From Antedon mediterranea (Eukaryota > Animalia > Echinodermata): 64,000 nt of DNA. Shown here piece after piece: positions 25,601-38,500 of the stretch (position 1 is its first letter; every line of letters starts with the position of its first letter). The DNA lies in the NCBI RefSeq assembly GCF_964355755.1, contig NC_092670.1, forward strand, positions 11,332,795 to 11,396,794, in the 5' to 3' direction. The notes under the pieces are model-generated. The model made no database searches, was not told the DNA's origin, and saw only the letters and a program-made list of their open reading frames with translations. Position numbers and translations under genes: made by a program.

Positions 25601-28600
25601 CACCAACAGCGTTAGTTCTCTGTGTGCCTATGTATGCCAAGCCAAGTACGCCATTTGAGAAGTCTTGGTATGTAAATAAGTGGGCTAAGCAAAATTTCAT
25701 GTGATTTTGTTTGCTGTACATCTGCAAGTAATAAAAAAATAATTAATTAAAACAAAATAATGCATAACTAATGTACTAAACAATTATGAATCATGTCAAA
25801 ATTGTTCTACTGCAATTACTGCAGTAACTACATTATTATTCAGTATTTGAGATTTGTGTAAATTTTCTTGAAAAAAATAACCATATGATTCCCATCTTAA
25901 TATGGTATTAGATTTTTGTATTATTTTATGCAAGAATGGTTTTAAACATAAGATTACCTCCAACAGGTCCTGTACCTCCCACACTTCACCATTTGGTGGA
26001 TCCGTATTGTAATGATTTTTGTGTAACTTTGTTTTATGAACAGTAACCTGCGAAAAAGATATTATTTAATCATGTGAGAATAAACAAAAAATCTATTCAA
26101 AAGTTTACTGCAAGAATGTATTCCTGGTTTATTTTAAAAAATGTCCATATTACAATATTATTATGAGCGAGTGAGTGAATATTTGGTAAAAGGATCTGTA
26201 TACAGAGCAGCTTCGAAAGTATGGGTCTGGAGCCCACTTAATCTGCTGTGATTCTGGAAGTAAAAGTCTTTGACTCCATACTCATGGGATGTTTTTAATA
26301 CTTTATCAAAATTGCTACCATTAGAAGAAGATGGGAGATCATGCAAAATATATCGGGAAGCTCCTGCGATTATCAGGATTCTTGGGAGGTCGTAATGTAT
26401 CGTCACTGACAAGCACTATAATTGTATGCATTTTACCTCCGCAACTTCAAAGTAGAATCCACCATAGTTTCTGCCATCCCAGTTTGTTCGTTTATAGATC
26501 AAATTGACTCGGTCCACTAAGGAGATCTGTCGTTGAAAAAAGATTGTAAAGTTTAGTTCACATTTCCAGTTACTCCCTAATCCCATAATAGCTTTCGTTC
26601 GGGGACATTAGAAGATAAAGAAAGTGATTTAACAGACTGTAACAGCTTTGTAATATGGACGGAATGTATGTTCCACTGTTCACGCACTGTAATCTTCGTG
26701 TACCATCCCAAAACATATATTCAAATTTTATACTTACTAAGTAATTAATTGTCTGTGACATACTACTCTGTCCCATGTTGACATAGAATATGTTATCTGC
26801 TGTTAAGAGTAAGGGGCAGACGTGCCTGGGAGGGGGACGGAGTGACCTCCTTGTTCTTGAATGGTCATCTAAATAGTAAATAATAATAATATTCATTTAT
26901 ACCAGTACATGCAACTATGATGGCCTTACAAGTACATATATACCATTGTGAATGCCATACATGTATGTTTAAGTGCATACTTCAATGAAAACCATAAGTA
27001 TGTATAAGAACGTATGCAACAACAATGGCCATATATGTATATCAGTAAGTACAAATATGGAACGTTGATGTCCTTATAAGTACTGTTAAATGTTAAGATT
27101 GTATTTGTGAATGTGCGCAACCCTAGGGAGGAACATGGCCTCTGTGATTAAATAAAGTTGATTTGAAATTGATGTTGATTGAATGCTACAATGATGCCAT
27201 ATTATAAGTATGTCACAAAGCTGGCCATAGTATACGAAACAGAATATATGTCACAGTGATTGTTATTTACAAATAAGAACACATATTGCATGATGATTGT
27301 CTGAAGATTCCTGTACAGTACAAGTAAGTATGTATTTATTCTGGTCCTCAAACTTACTATAACTGGAAACTAAGGACATTTTGACAATCCCCTACCTTTC
27401 GAATAGTGTACTAAGTTCTTTAACATGCACTGTATGTACACGGGACCAATGGCTTTACATCCCATTTGAAGGACCATCCAGAACGCAACCGGGCCCAACA
27501 TTGCTTAACTTCGGTGATCTTACGAGAACCAGTGATCAACACAGTATGGCCGTATCATATATGTAGTTATTATGTGTACAGGTACTAGTATGAACACAAC
27601 TGAAGCATAAAAAGACTCAATATACACAGGTAAAGTACATTTTCAAAAGAGAGAATACACAATCTATTTTGTTTTTACTGTACCTTCATTTTCCTTGGTG
27701 TAATGGTGATGGTGATGATGGTAGTCTTCTTCCTCACCTCTTTCATATTTCAAATCTTTTGGAAGGTGATTACCGTGTGCACAATATGTATGCCTATATC
27801 AATAAAGAACAATCATGATGGATTACTTACTTTGATAAACTAAAGCTTTGTCTACACTATTAAACTAGTTTGACAACAAAAATGTGATGTGCTCAAATAT
27901 GGTAGTAATATGTCAAAATATGGTAGTGATATGACATCATCATGTCCATATATGGGCACATCACATTTTTTTTTGTCACATAAAGTTTGATAGTGTAGAC
28001 AGAGCTTTACAAAGGCCATTGACACGAAAGGAAGACATTAATACACCCTTGAAAAAATAGACATTTACCTACATTATCTACCTATAGTATAATTTCACGA
28101 ATAAAGGGCTTCATTATGAAAGTTTCTGAAGTATCAAACTTTAGGATGCGAATTTATTGTTCTTAAAAAATGGCTTCGAAAACAAGGTCTTTTTATAGTA
28201 AACACCTACTTCATATAGTGCTTACGTTTCACAGGTCACATGATTATAACCAACCACTTACGTTTCATTTACTTTGCGATCAGATTTCCGGTATGAAATC
28301 ATAGTACCATTCCTAGCGTCTGTTAAATGTCTCCATGAAGGCTACAAAAAAATAATACAGAATTATTACAATTTTATAATTTATAGGAATATACTACTGT
28401 TTTTGAACATCAAAATTGTGGCGAACATTTTGTACTTTTGAATCTCCTTCTAAACTACAGTATAGGCACCTTTTTTTGCTATACCATTTTATGTTTATTT
28501 CAAACAACATGAGATAGTACATATTTCTTTCTTTATCAACAATTGAAATGGAAATGAAACCTGAAGATCGACTTATCGATCGTCTCACCTACTAAAAACG

Positions 28601-31600
28601 TATGACATTAAATGAATATGTAGCTTAGTTTGTTTCACAGTGGTAACAATTTGACCTTCTCAGCAGGAGGCAATTTTAGAAATCCGATTTTCAATTAAAC
28701 ATGTTTTTAGACTAATTACATACTTTATTTATTTACTAATTTATTAGATTTTGATTTTTTTAAGCTTTGTACCTCAGAGTTTTAACATCAAGTCAATTTC
28801 AAAGAAAGTCTACATTATCAAATTAGTTTGACAAAAAAAGTGTGTTGGGCCCAAATATGGAAGTGACATGACATCATCATTATCCATATATGGGCAAATC
28901 ACATAAAGTTTGATAAAGTTAGAACAATGCAATCTTTCTCATATTGCCTCATACAGAAAATGAAATGACTAATTTGAATTGTAAATTGACTGTTAACTTT
29001 CATAAAATTACTCATAGAAAATGTGAAAGGAAGTGTATCGCTCGCATCCAAGCTGAGCTTTCCTATGATGACTCATTGAGATCTAAGAAAAGGTTGCGAA
29101 AGTGCCATCAGCAAAACTGAGTCAGTTGGATGGTTTACAAGTGTTCAATTGTACAGTAGTAGGAAACAGACTACAATCTGATGCTAATTTTCCACTAGCC
29201 CAAACGTCAATTGGGATAGTTTGACAGATGTTACTAGCCCACACTCAAACACATACAATCACACAAATATTGTGGGTTGGAAACTGGAAACTAGCCTAAA
29301 GTTATTGTTTGTTTGTGCTAGTACTGGTCTGATTTTCAATAGGCTAGTATATGAAACAAAAGAACTGGAACAAACTATTGATTTTTTTATTTAAATAAAT
29401 GAACGTAAATGAAAAGACATAATAATTAAGGACATTTCAATTAGATAACTAGACATGAAACTCGTCACTTTGACGAGTTAGTTATCCGCACGACAAACGC
29501 CACGAGCACGTCATACGTTGGAATATTGCACACAGAAAAAGATTATGGCATTATGACCTGAACAAGAATATGATTATGTTATTATTGCTGAATTCTGTTA
29601 TTTTGTGTCAAATAGTATACACAGTATAATCTGTATACATCACATACAGTGTAGAATAGGTGAAATTACGGGACCCGCTATTTACTCCAATTTTTAACAT
29701 GTTGACGGTTTCAAAATGAAACCCGAAGGTAGCAATTTCGGAAGGAAATTATCTCAGCAACAACATATTAGCATGTAGAAGAAATTTGAATACGTGAAAT
29801 ATTGATGCACGCTCTTTTAAATGTAATGAATTATAATGCAAAAGATGAAAATACGACTTTTTTTATTTAACTGGCCATATGATGACGTCACAACATCCGA
29901 TTGGCAAAATGTTCACATGATTTCGTATCTACAATTCAATAGCTTCCAGAAAACGTTTTAATCGTGATTATCACATTTCATTCTTACGAGCTATAACAGA
30001 TTAAAATTTTCTGTAAAGATGAAATTTATGCAACATGTAATTTAAATTTTTAGGCATGATGACGTCATAAAAATTAAAATATTTTTAACTCATGCGAAAG
30101 ACAGTTGATTGACCTAGACAATATCAAAATCGGGGTGAAAATGGAAAACGGATAAGTGTAGATGCGCTCTATTAAATGTGATAAGCTATGACGAAAGATA
30201 CAAAAATCCTAAATTTTGTATTCGCGTGGCCATACAGTGACGTCACAATGTCCGGTTAGCCATATTAATGCATGATCCGATATTTACAACTCATCAACTT
30301 CCAGAATATGCAATAAAAATAACTTTCACCGTTTAGTTTAGAAACTACGACTGTTTAAAAAAAGGTATAATTTTGACAAATTTTGACGGATTTTTGAACT
30401 TTTTCATCAAAAACGCACATAAATTATCCAATTCGACGTGCCCGTATGACGAAATTTTAAGTCGAAAATGTTTATAAATTGGTAAAATTACTAAAAAAGG
30501 GTGGAAAAACATAAATCACGGAAAAAAAATCGTTTTCAACGCTACGTGTGCACCGCACGTGTAAAAAAATGCGCACGAGTGGGAATTTTTGACATGCTCA
30601 AAATGACATGAAACGCGTAGAAAGTTGATTAGAAATTGATTTCTCTCAATTTGAAATTTTAAACGCGCGTGTGCGCGTAACTTCGTGTGCAACATGCCAT
30701 TTTTTTCCCACAGTCAGTTAGCGCAAGATATAAATTAAACTTTTGTTAAGTTTCAATTTAAATTGTTATATGGTTTTCGATCTATATTAAATATGCGAAA
30801 TTCGTAAAAACGCGCGTAAGTCATGTGGCCCAACTCTGTCGTCATTCACAATAGGAGGTGCACAATTTCACGTGAATGCCCACATTTTGACAAAGTTATA
30901 AAATGTTATGTTTACACGTTTTTGAGTTACGAGAGACACAAAATTGACAGAAAGAAAGAATAATACAGAAAAAAAAAAAGATGATTTCATACAGTTACAA
31001 GGAGTTATCCGCTGAATGCGGATAACTAATTATTATAATTAGAATATTTATCAGACATACGATACTGACCTCAATAATATATGTTTCTTGATCTGTTACT
31101 ATTTTTGCATTTATTGTGTTACCATCCTCAATATGACAATGGACATGTGAATCATAATCATCTGTATAAACAAATTATTAATAAAAATTTTAAAAAATGA
31201 GCAATTTAAATAAAATCCAAATATCTGTCAATTGATCATTCAACATCAATCAGTCTTTTTTAGTAATCTATTACCAATAAAATTGTAATGATATACAGGG
31301 ATTTTTTTATGATATAACATAAAAATATAGCTTAAAGGTATATTGTCCCTAAAAACAATAAATCAAACTTTGAATATGTCATTTTGTAGTTTTAATAAAC
31401 TTTTCAATTTTGCCTTTAAGGAAAGGAATCAACAAAAATAATGATTACGCTTATAAAAAGAAAAAAATAAACAGTTACATCAACGACAAACCCATTGACT
31501 TCCAGACTTTTGGCCTATAACATTTTTTCAACAAATTATTTTTTTATGGGGAAAAATAATAGTTGTAGTATTAGTGGTACAACGTCAGGGTTAGTTAATC

Positions 31601-33194
31601 TAAAGTATCTCTGTAATTTAAATGTTGCTTGCTGTTGGATGTGATATAATCAAAATTACCTCTTAAGTGTCCTTCAAGTATACTATCTCTATCAAAATCA
31701 TACTCTTCTTTTGTACCATCATCTCCTATTGCGTAAGCTTTAAAATTGGTTGATAAAGCCGTTTGAGATGGTCTAAGTTCCATATCAAATTTCCTTTAAA
31801 AAGAAAAGTCAATTTTATTTTATCAACTTATTTGGCATTGTCTGATAAAACTCTAGTAAAAGCTGAGATAGAGGGTAATTAATATACTGTAGTAACATTG
31901 ACATTCTGATGGGTGCATTCAGGCTATTGGTGAACTATCCACAAAGGTTAAACAAACTAATCTGGGCGAGCCTTAACAGGCCCAATGACAATTAACTATT
32001 TTTTAATATTTTATTAAAATTAAAATATTTTACTAGAAATATTCAAATTTGTTGGGGTCATAGGCCTACAAACATAATATATAATGCATTACAATGACTG
32101 AAAACAGCACCATGACAATGAGCAGGTCAACAGACTTTTGTATTTTATACTGTGTAAGCAAAAAGGTTAAATTGAGACTGAGGAAATAGAAAAGGGTTAA
32201 TACTGTATTTAAATAATTGTGGCATAATATGATTTTACATACTTTCCTAGAGTTGTAAAAGTTATGTATCGCACATGTCGATCAACATGATCGGCACCTC
32301 GTTTGACTACGTGATGTTTGATGTTGTCCGTGTGAAGAGTATCGTAGTAGTGTAGGACATGATGAAGGCTTCCTGCAAAATGAAAGATCATATTTATCAT
32401 GGAATGGAAATGTATTTAGCGTGCTCTTCATATGTGAAAAAGGCATGTCTGGCGACGCTCCATTAGGTTTATCGCAAAAAGCTTGATTTTGCAAGGAACG
32501 TCATTGAGGGGGATGGGAGGGTTTCGGAGCAAATGATGTGTACCTACAAACAACAAATCATGTGCGTACTCATTTACGTGATGTTTTTCCCCAATCCTTC
32601 CAACAATAAGGTTTATCGCAATTATCTTGATTTCGTAAGAAACGTCATTGCACGATGCATAATGGGAAGGGTTTGGGAGCAATAGCGCCACCGTATAATA
32701 CAAACTTTATATACTGGTGGTGGCCCTATTTGCGAAAAACCGGAACTTGTTTTTATTTTGCAAACAAAATAAAAGTAAACACGACTAATGTATTAAACTG
32801 ACATTGTTAAATTAAAGGTTACTAGGCTAGGCCCTAGCCTAGGGCCTACTTGTAGGGCCTAGCTAAGCCAAAACATAAGTAGCCTACATAGCTACTGTAG
32901 ACCTGTCCTATCACAGAGGCTTAGAGTAATACTTATAATAGTCCAGACGGATCCCGACTAGACTAGCTAGGCCTGGTTATCCGTTTGGAGCTACTACTTC
33001 TAGACCTAGGCTAGCCTACTAGGCCTAACTATCCTTATTTCGGTCAACAAAGCAAGGTTATTTTAATACTATTTTAAACCAAATGTGGTTATTTTCAAAT
33101 GTATATAAATACCCACACACATACCTTGACTTCTCGGTAACAGAAAAACGCAGATAGTAATAAAATAAAGTTCAAATATATCGATTTTCGGCAT
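19608..33194 (-). CDS. ADAM17: ADAM17 / TACE disintegrin-metalloprotease, ~21 coding exons
   Basis: Approximate exons: 33125-33194 (signal [23 protein letters not shown]), 32243-32372, 31660-31793, 31070-31161, 28261-28341, 27685-27793, 26738-26867 (furin RTRR|S), 26437-26526, 25958-26047, 25586-25721 ([20 protein letters not shown]), 25390-25497, 24821-24949 ([12 protein letters not shown] zinc motif split by an intron, Met-turn LMYP), 24586-24657, 23650-23786 (disintegrin [15 protein letters not shown]), 23066-23237, 22815-22888, 22171-22302, 21664-21742 (CANDIS-like [12 protein letters not shown]), 21229-21317 ([26 protein letters not shown]), 20180-20233, 19608-19694 (ends YLEKETVL*). The NIVG..WVP..DKK and QDxIERF motifs distinguish ADAM17 from ADAM10. 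Confidence 0.95.
20526..21078. mobile_element. Non-autonomous DNA transposon, Kolobok-like (TTAA TSD, AG...CT termini)
   Basis: TTAA|AGATGTATTGTCCCTT ... AAGGGACAATACATCT|TTAA. A TTAA TSD with RR..YY ends is typical of Kolobok rather than piggyBac. Confidence 0.75.
21166..21278. repeat. Perfect 56-bp tandem duplication covering the 3' half of the ADAM17 TM exon and its splice donor
   Basis: AACTTACTACATAATGAATGAGGCAGCTACATGGTACCCAAATAATTAAAGATATG starts at both 21166 and 21222. Confidence 0.95.
21478..21573. repeat. ~47-bp tandem duplication in an ADAM17 intron
   Basis: TACATGACAAATACAGATATGACAGGTCTAACATTGAGAGCATTTAT occurs twice. Confidence 0.9.
22395..22627 (-). mobile_element. tRNA-headed SINE with Deu-like central domain
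   Basis: Minus strand: A box-like TGGCCCAGC, B box-like GGTTCGAGGC, then CTTCTCGGATAAGGACTATAAACCGTAGGTTCAGTG...CACTTTAAAGAACCTAGTACATCTTTCGAGAC. A 3' half copy lies at ~45078-45240 (+). Confidence 0.65.
23983..24555. repeat. ~197-bp unit tandem triplication in an ADAM17 intron
   Basis: AAGCCATGTGTACCCATAAAACAACCTATTCAGTATCAAAGTACT recurs at ~23983, ~24180 and ~24377. The first two copies are near-identical and the third is diverged. Confidence 0.92.
25040..25350. repeat. Degenerate ~17-bp minisatellite AATAAGTGCTACTGTGA
   Basis: Repeated TAAGTGCT cores. Confidence 0.85.
27385..27554 (-). mobile_element. 5S rRNA-derived SINE (SINE3 type) with Deu-like domain
   Basis: Minus-strand TACGGCCATACTGTGTTGATCACTGGTTCTCGTAAGATCACCGAAGTTAAGCAATGTTGGGCCCGGTTGCGTTCTGGATGG aligns by eye to the 5' ~85 nt of 5S rRNA. 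It is followed by CCTTCAAATGGGATGTAAAGCCATTGGTCCC...GTTAAAGAACTTAGTACACTATTCGAAAGGTAGGGG. Confidence 0.75.
27844..28006. mobile_element. MITE family B (Harbinger-like), TIR AGCTCTGTCTACACTATCAAACT
   Basis: TIRs with TAA/TTA flanks and an internal CCAAATATGGTAGTGATATGACATCATCATGTCCATATATGGGCACATCAC. Other copies or fragments at ~9830-9963, 10692-10815, 20312-20470, 28808-28920, 42945-42985, 44822-44952 and 45640-45735. Confidence 0.85.
29447..31029 (-). mobile_element. Non-autonomous Helentron/HINE (DINE-1-like) rolling-circle element, ~1.6 kb
   Basis: 12-bp sub-terminal inverted repeats TTAGTTATCCGC (29478-29489) and GCGGATAACTAA (31018-31029). The right one forms a local hairpin AGTTATCCGC-TGAAT-GCGGATAACT. 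A stem-loop AACTCGTCA-CTT-TGACGAGTT (29459-29479) is followed on the minus strand by ...CTAGTT. No ORF. Confidence 0.75.
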
Positions 33195-34369
33195 CACGAA
33201 GAACAAAATAATTTACTAGGCCTAGCCTAGCAGCCTACACACACAGGAAATGCCTGACGTGACGACCCGACGATCCGCGTCTGCGAGGAGGATGATCGAC
33301 GCTAGGCCGACAAAACACGACGAACAACAAATCAATGAAAAATACAAGAGGGCGGCAGACACATTTTTTCTCTCATCATTATTACGGTATTATCATAGCT
33401 TTCAATATATCTGTTTCAATCTAAGATTTTATATAGTCTAGTCGAAGGCTTGGTTCCCACTAGGACGCAACGCAAGGACGTAAGCGAGTCGCACCATTGC
33501 GAATAATCCATCGCTTGTGATTGGTCAACTTACTCACTTATGTTGCGTCTCTAGTATGAAACAAGCATTAGTCTATAGATAGCTGCACAATATCTCGGCA
33601 AAGTATCTTGAGATAATTCAAAACCATACATTTCTATTTTAAACAGATACAACTAAAAGTAGTGTGTTCATTAATAGTTTTATTAATATTATTATCTAAC
33701 TTTCCTTAGTTTTATTAGCATTACCATAAATCCACACAGTAATAATGAAATATTTCCAATTTGTTTTTGCTATTTCAGATAGGAACTCATTTTTAGTAAT
33801 TTAAATTGACTACCCTACTATGCCCATCAAGACAAACGACAATGAATAAAATATTTAAAACACAAATTTTAATTAAAATATATGTTTAGAATTTCCAAAG
33901 TCTATAGCATATATTGCATGCTACATATTATTTATAAACATGGAATGAAAGGAATGGGTTGAGGTATACTTAAAAGCTAAAAAAAATAGTAGTATAGTCT
34001 AGAGATCCAAATGGAAAAACCTGTTTTCCAAGGACTGTCCTGGGAACAACCCCTATTTAAGTTTCACTCACTGTACAAAGAGTGTTGTAAAACACTTAGA
34101 GGAGTGCATAGGCACAAAACAAGCATCCATTGGCTGGGCCGTCAAACTCTGACGATATTGACAGTTAAGGTAATTTCAGTTGCTTTTAAAGATGAAAATC
34201 ATTGTTTGGGGCACTCATTATTGTTTTTTTTTTTCAGGAAATATATTTTTCTCCCCAATAAAGTCATTTATCCCCGACCGTTTTTGATTGATTCAAGAGG
34301 GGACTACCAATGAAATGAGACTGATTGAGAAGACACTTCAAATGAGAACGCACTATTTAAGAGACAATG

Positions 34370-34625
34370 TTATTGAGGGGACACTCCAAAACGAGAATAA
34401 TGTTATTGAGTGGTTACTCCAAATGAGGATACAGCAGGGATACCGCAAGGGAAATTGTTATTGAGGGGACACTCCAAATGAGGGTGCCTTAAACACAACT
34501 TCTATTGATGGAACACTACAAATGAGGGGGACTGCTTATTGAGGGGACTCCTTGTTCAAAGGACATCTTAAATCATGATGCTCATACTATTTAGGGAGGA
34601 CACTTTTTTGGTCCTGAAATGTCTA
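34370..34625. repeat. Degenerate repeat of TATTGAGGGGACACTCCAAAT motifs (MITE-derived; related inverse/partial element at ~21858-22020)
   Basis: Recurrent GGGGACAC(T/C)C cores at both loci. Confidence 0.6.
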
Positions 34626-35528
34626 CTATATTAAACACTAAGTTTCAAACCATTTACCTAACATAAAATAGCTGCTGAGTTTGCGATTCTGTTATACACA
34701 CAATATTACAATAACTAATATACATATTGCATAAATGCTAAAAAATTTTTCTTAATACCTAACAATCATATCGACAGATAAAATAACCAAATAAGGTATG
34801 ATTTTTGAAAAGTAAAATACATAAAATATGCTGTAATAATCCAATGGTCGGTCATGTATATGTCAGACATTGTTTGCCTCTCTTTACCCAAGTGTACAAA
34901 TGGGTACCTAGTAAGGTCAAAACACAATTGCGCTTATTACTAGCTGTAACATTGTGGAAGCACGTTCGATCAAAATAATCGGGGTAATAATGTGAAAACA
35001 GCACATAATGTATATATAGAATTTGCACTATATAAATGAATACATTATCATATATCCGACTTCAGGCTCAAACGGTTTAATAAACTGTATAAGATGCAGC
35101 ACTGAAAGCATATGCACATGTTCAAAAACCAATCAGTGATGTGATATCTCCTGAAACTAGCCCACATAATAAATTGGATTTTAAACATTTGCAGATACTG
35201 TATCAACCGCACTCTTGTTTTAGTTACTGCAACATTATGTAATCTATGAGTTGTTACCAAATTTGTTGGATATGCTTATATTCTTAAATATTATTATGTT
35301 TTATTTAAATTAAATTGTTTACTGTATACTGTACCTAAAGCTAAACATACCATTTTTATCAAATATTATTTTTCAAATATATCCAGAATTAGAAACATAA
35401 AAATATATAAATATTTGTTTTGAATTCTATAACTCTGCATAATTCTAGTAACAATCAAAACCTATTTGGCCATATGAAATTACAATTTAGTTTTTACAAA
35501 CGCAAAAAGTCATCCAGAAACGTAGAAT

Positions 35529-38500
35529 CTAAATTCCATTTTGCTCTGGCCAACTTTTCATTCTCATATTCTCCTCATGTTGTTTTATCGTGTTATCGTC
35601 TTGGTTAATTTGTTTTTTTAGAGGTAATGGGATATCGTCGTTTGTACGTGATGTCTGTGTGTGTAACAAGCCTTCGGGATGATGTTCTCCTCTTGTGATT
35701 TTATTGCACAAGGTCAAAAGGTCAAAGTTAATCTTGTCCGTGATTACAGAATCATGTTTGTAATCCGGATGCTGATCTACATAATCTCTCATCCACCGAG
35801 CAGTCGTTTTCAATTTACCTGAAAAAAAACACAATAAAGTTTAAACCTATTGAATAAGAAAATACAGTAGAATACAGAAGACTGGGAATCTAGGCCTTTA
35901 AAAAAGCAGCGCTCCAATATTTTCACTCGAAAAGTTATAGACGGCACACACTAGAGGTTGATTTTCTAATGCACTAAAATCATTATCAGTGATCTCACTT
36001 TTCTGTTCATTAGAACTAATATTGAACAGCATGTGACGCATAATTAACCAATCAAATGATAAGAATGCACTCGGCCTACCTGCTGCACGGTCCGATATCA
36101 AGTTTAGATACGTTAACACTGTACATCTTGTATCCACATCAACGTTAACAGAGCGGAGATATTGGTTGATGAGAGGTATCATACCAGGGAAGTCTGCACC
36201 GCCCTCTATTGGGCCGCCATTGATAATGGTGTTAATGTCCATTAGTGCATATTCTTTATCAATATTGCCTGTGCATTGCTTCGGACCTGAAAAAATAAAT
36301 AAAAAGGTTAAAAGGTATATTGTAATATAAAAATGCTGTAGTATTTGTAAAGGAATACCTATCATATGCAAACAGTGGGTGTAGATCAATCCGAGGTGTT
36401 TGCAAATTCCAGTCAAATACACTTTATGAAACTGAAATAATTGAATAAACTACAATTGTGCGTATGCTTGTTTGGAATTTCTAAAAAAAAATAAAAAATT
36501 TTTTTTTATATACTTACATGTACGAACATCTTTCCTGAAATAGAACTTCCCATTCAGTACTGAATCTCTCTTTTGAGCTTCAACAAGGTTAGCATCTACC
36601 TGTAAGAAAATGGAATATTCCAACATTCACAGTCAACTATCTTAAAACATGACTCTAAATATTGAAAACTTCTTTAAATCCAGATTTCAAAACCTTTCAC
36701 CATGATATAAGTCTAAAATTCTGGTGATACACTTTGGGCTACTCTGGATGTCCAGTGATATAAAGAGTTCACTGTACTGTGTACTACTGCATCTGTAATG
36801 ACTAAATATGACCATATACAATAGTCCCATGAGGCCTAGGCATGAAAGTTGGAGAGAATTAGGGATGGTTTTATACTCAATATTGCATGTAAAGAATGTA
36901 TAAATGTAGCCTAAATTAAGGGGTCGAATTATACTTGAGCATGGGATTACTGATGGGTCATATCATGTCATTTTTTTTAGGAACACTTTTAAATATATAT
37001 AGCAGTATGAGGTAAGGACAAGCTAAGGTAATATGATGTAATTAGAAATTTCCGAATGGTTGATGGTGCAAGCAGTGCTTCTGTGGTCTGTTTTTTTTTT
37101 AAAAGAAACATTTAAACATTTAGGAGTAATATTGGACACATTGCATGCACAAGTTTTCTAGCAATTGAAAGATTTAAAGTTATCGTACCTTTGAAATTGG
37201 AAGCAGAAAGTTGAGCTCAAAGCTTAAAATAACTCTAGTTATAAGTACCATAAACACAACATAAGCAGCATTCTCAAAATCTGTTAACTGAACCTAAATA
37301 TAAAAAAACAATATACTGTTTTACAGTAGTTGGAACATACAAATTTGAGGAAAATATACTGATTTTGAAAAGTTTGATTTGGTTCATGTTAATTGGTTTG
37401 CATTGTACTATAAAATTAAGTTTTAAAAATATTTCATCATAAGACATGCATAAAAACAAATATAAAAAAAATAGACATTATTTAGGTTTTTAAATATTGC
37501 ATCCTTAGAATGTACTGACTGAGTAGCTGAAACAGCTCCTAATTTAAGCCTGTTTTCCAGTTGACATCAAGTTGCATTGATTTTATAACCTGATTCAGCG
37601 ATTTTACAGGAAAAGGTAAAAAATCAACGGTAAAAATTGTTAAAATCTTCAATGGTTGAAGTTGAATGATTTGAAAACTCAACGTCAACCGGAATACAGG
37701 CTTTAAAATACATTTTTAGCAAACATTAACTCATTGTGTAAAAAAACAAACCATACCTCCATTGGTCTAAACTCTACCCTCCATCCTATCGTAGAGTTGA
37801 CTGGCGGTGGTTTAAATCTCATCGTTTGCCAATTTGTTGATTGAATATTCTGTAAGGAAACAAATACTACTGTTAATCAAACACTAAATACAAGGCTTGA
37901 AATTTACTTTTTTTTTCACCAGAAAATCAATCTAACAAAATGAGCGACCCACCTATACAATCAATAAGTTGAAAGAATCATAAAAAATCTTGACAAACTC
38001 TACTATAACTGTAGTTATCAGAAACAGGAGATAGATACAAGATACAAGAAAACTTTATTCATCCCAACTTGGGAAATTGTGTTGCTGTCTAATAACAATG
38101 GATAGGGATATGCCAATAGGGGTTAGGAACAGATAGGGATGTCATGCATTCATATTGGATAGGAATATACAAAGATATACAAGGAGATATTTCAGGCCAC
38201 ACAGTGAAATATGGATGGCCAGAAACAGGGATATGGTAAGACACACATGGAAATATGGATATGTCCAGAAACAGGGATATGTCAAGACACACAGGGAAAT
38301 ATGGATATGTCCAGAAACAGGGATATGTCAAGACACACAGGGAAATATGGATATGGTCAGAAACAGGGATATGTCAAGACACACAGGGAAATATGGATAT
38401 GGCCAGAAACAGGAGATATGTCAATACACTGGAGGATACGGATATCCACATAAACAGGGGACACACAAGGGGACAGCCTAATACACATAGGTTATGCCAA

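Noticed and set aside
27473-27554. 5S rRNA gene
   Set aside because: Truncated at ~85 nt, diverged and fused to a SINE body; called SINE3 instead.
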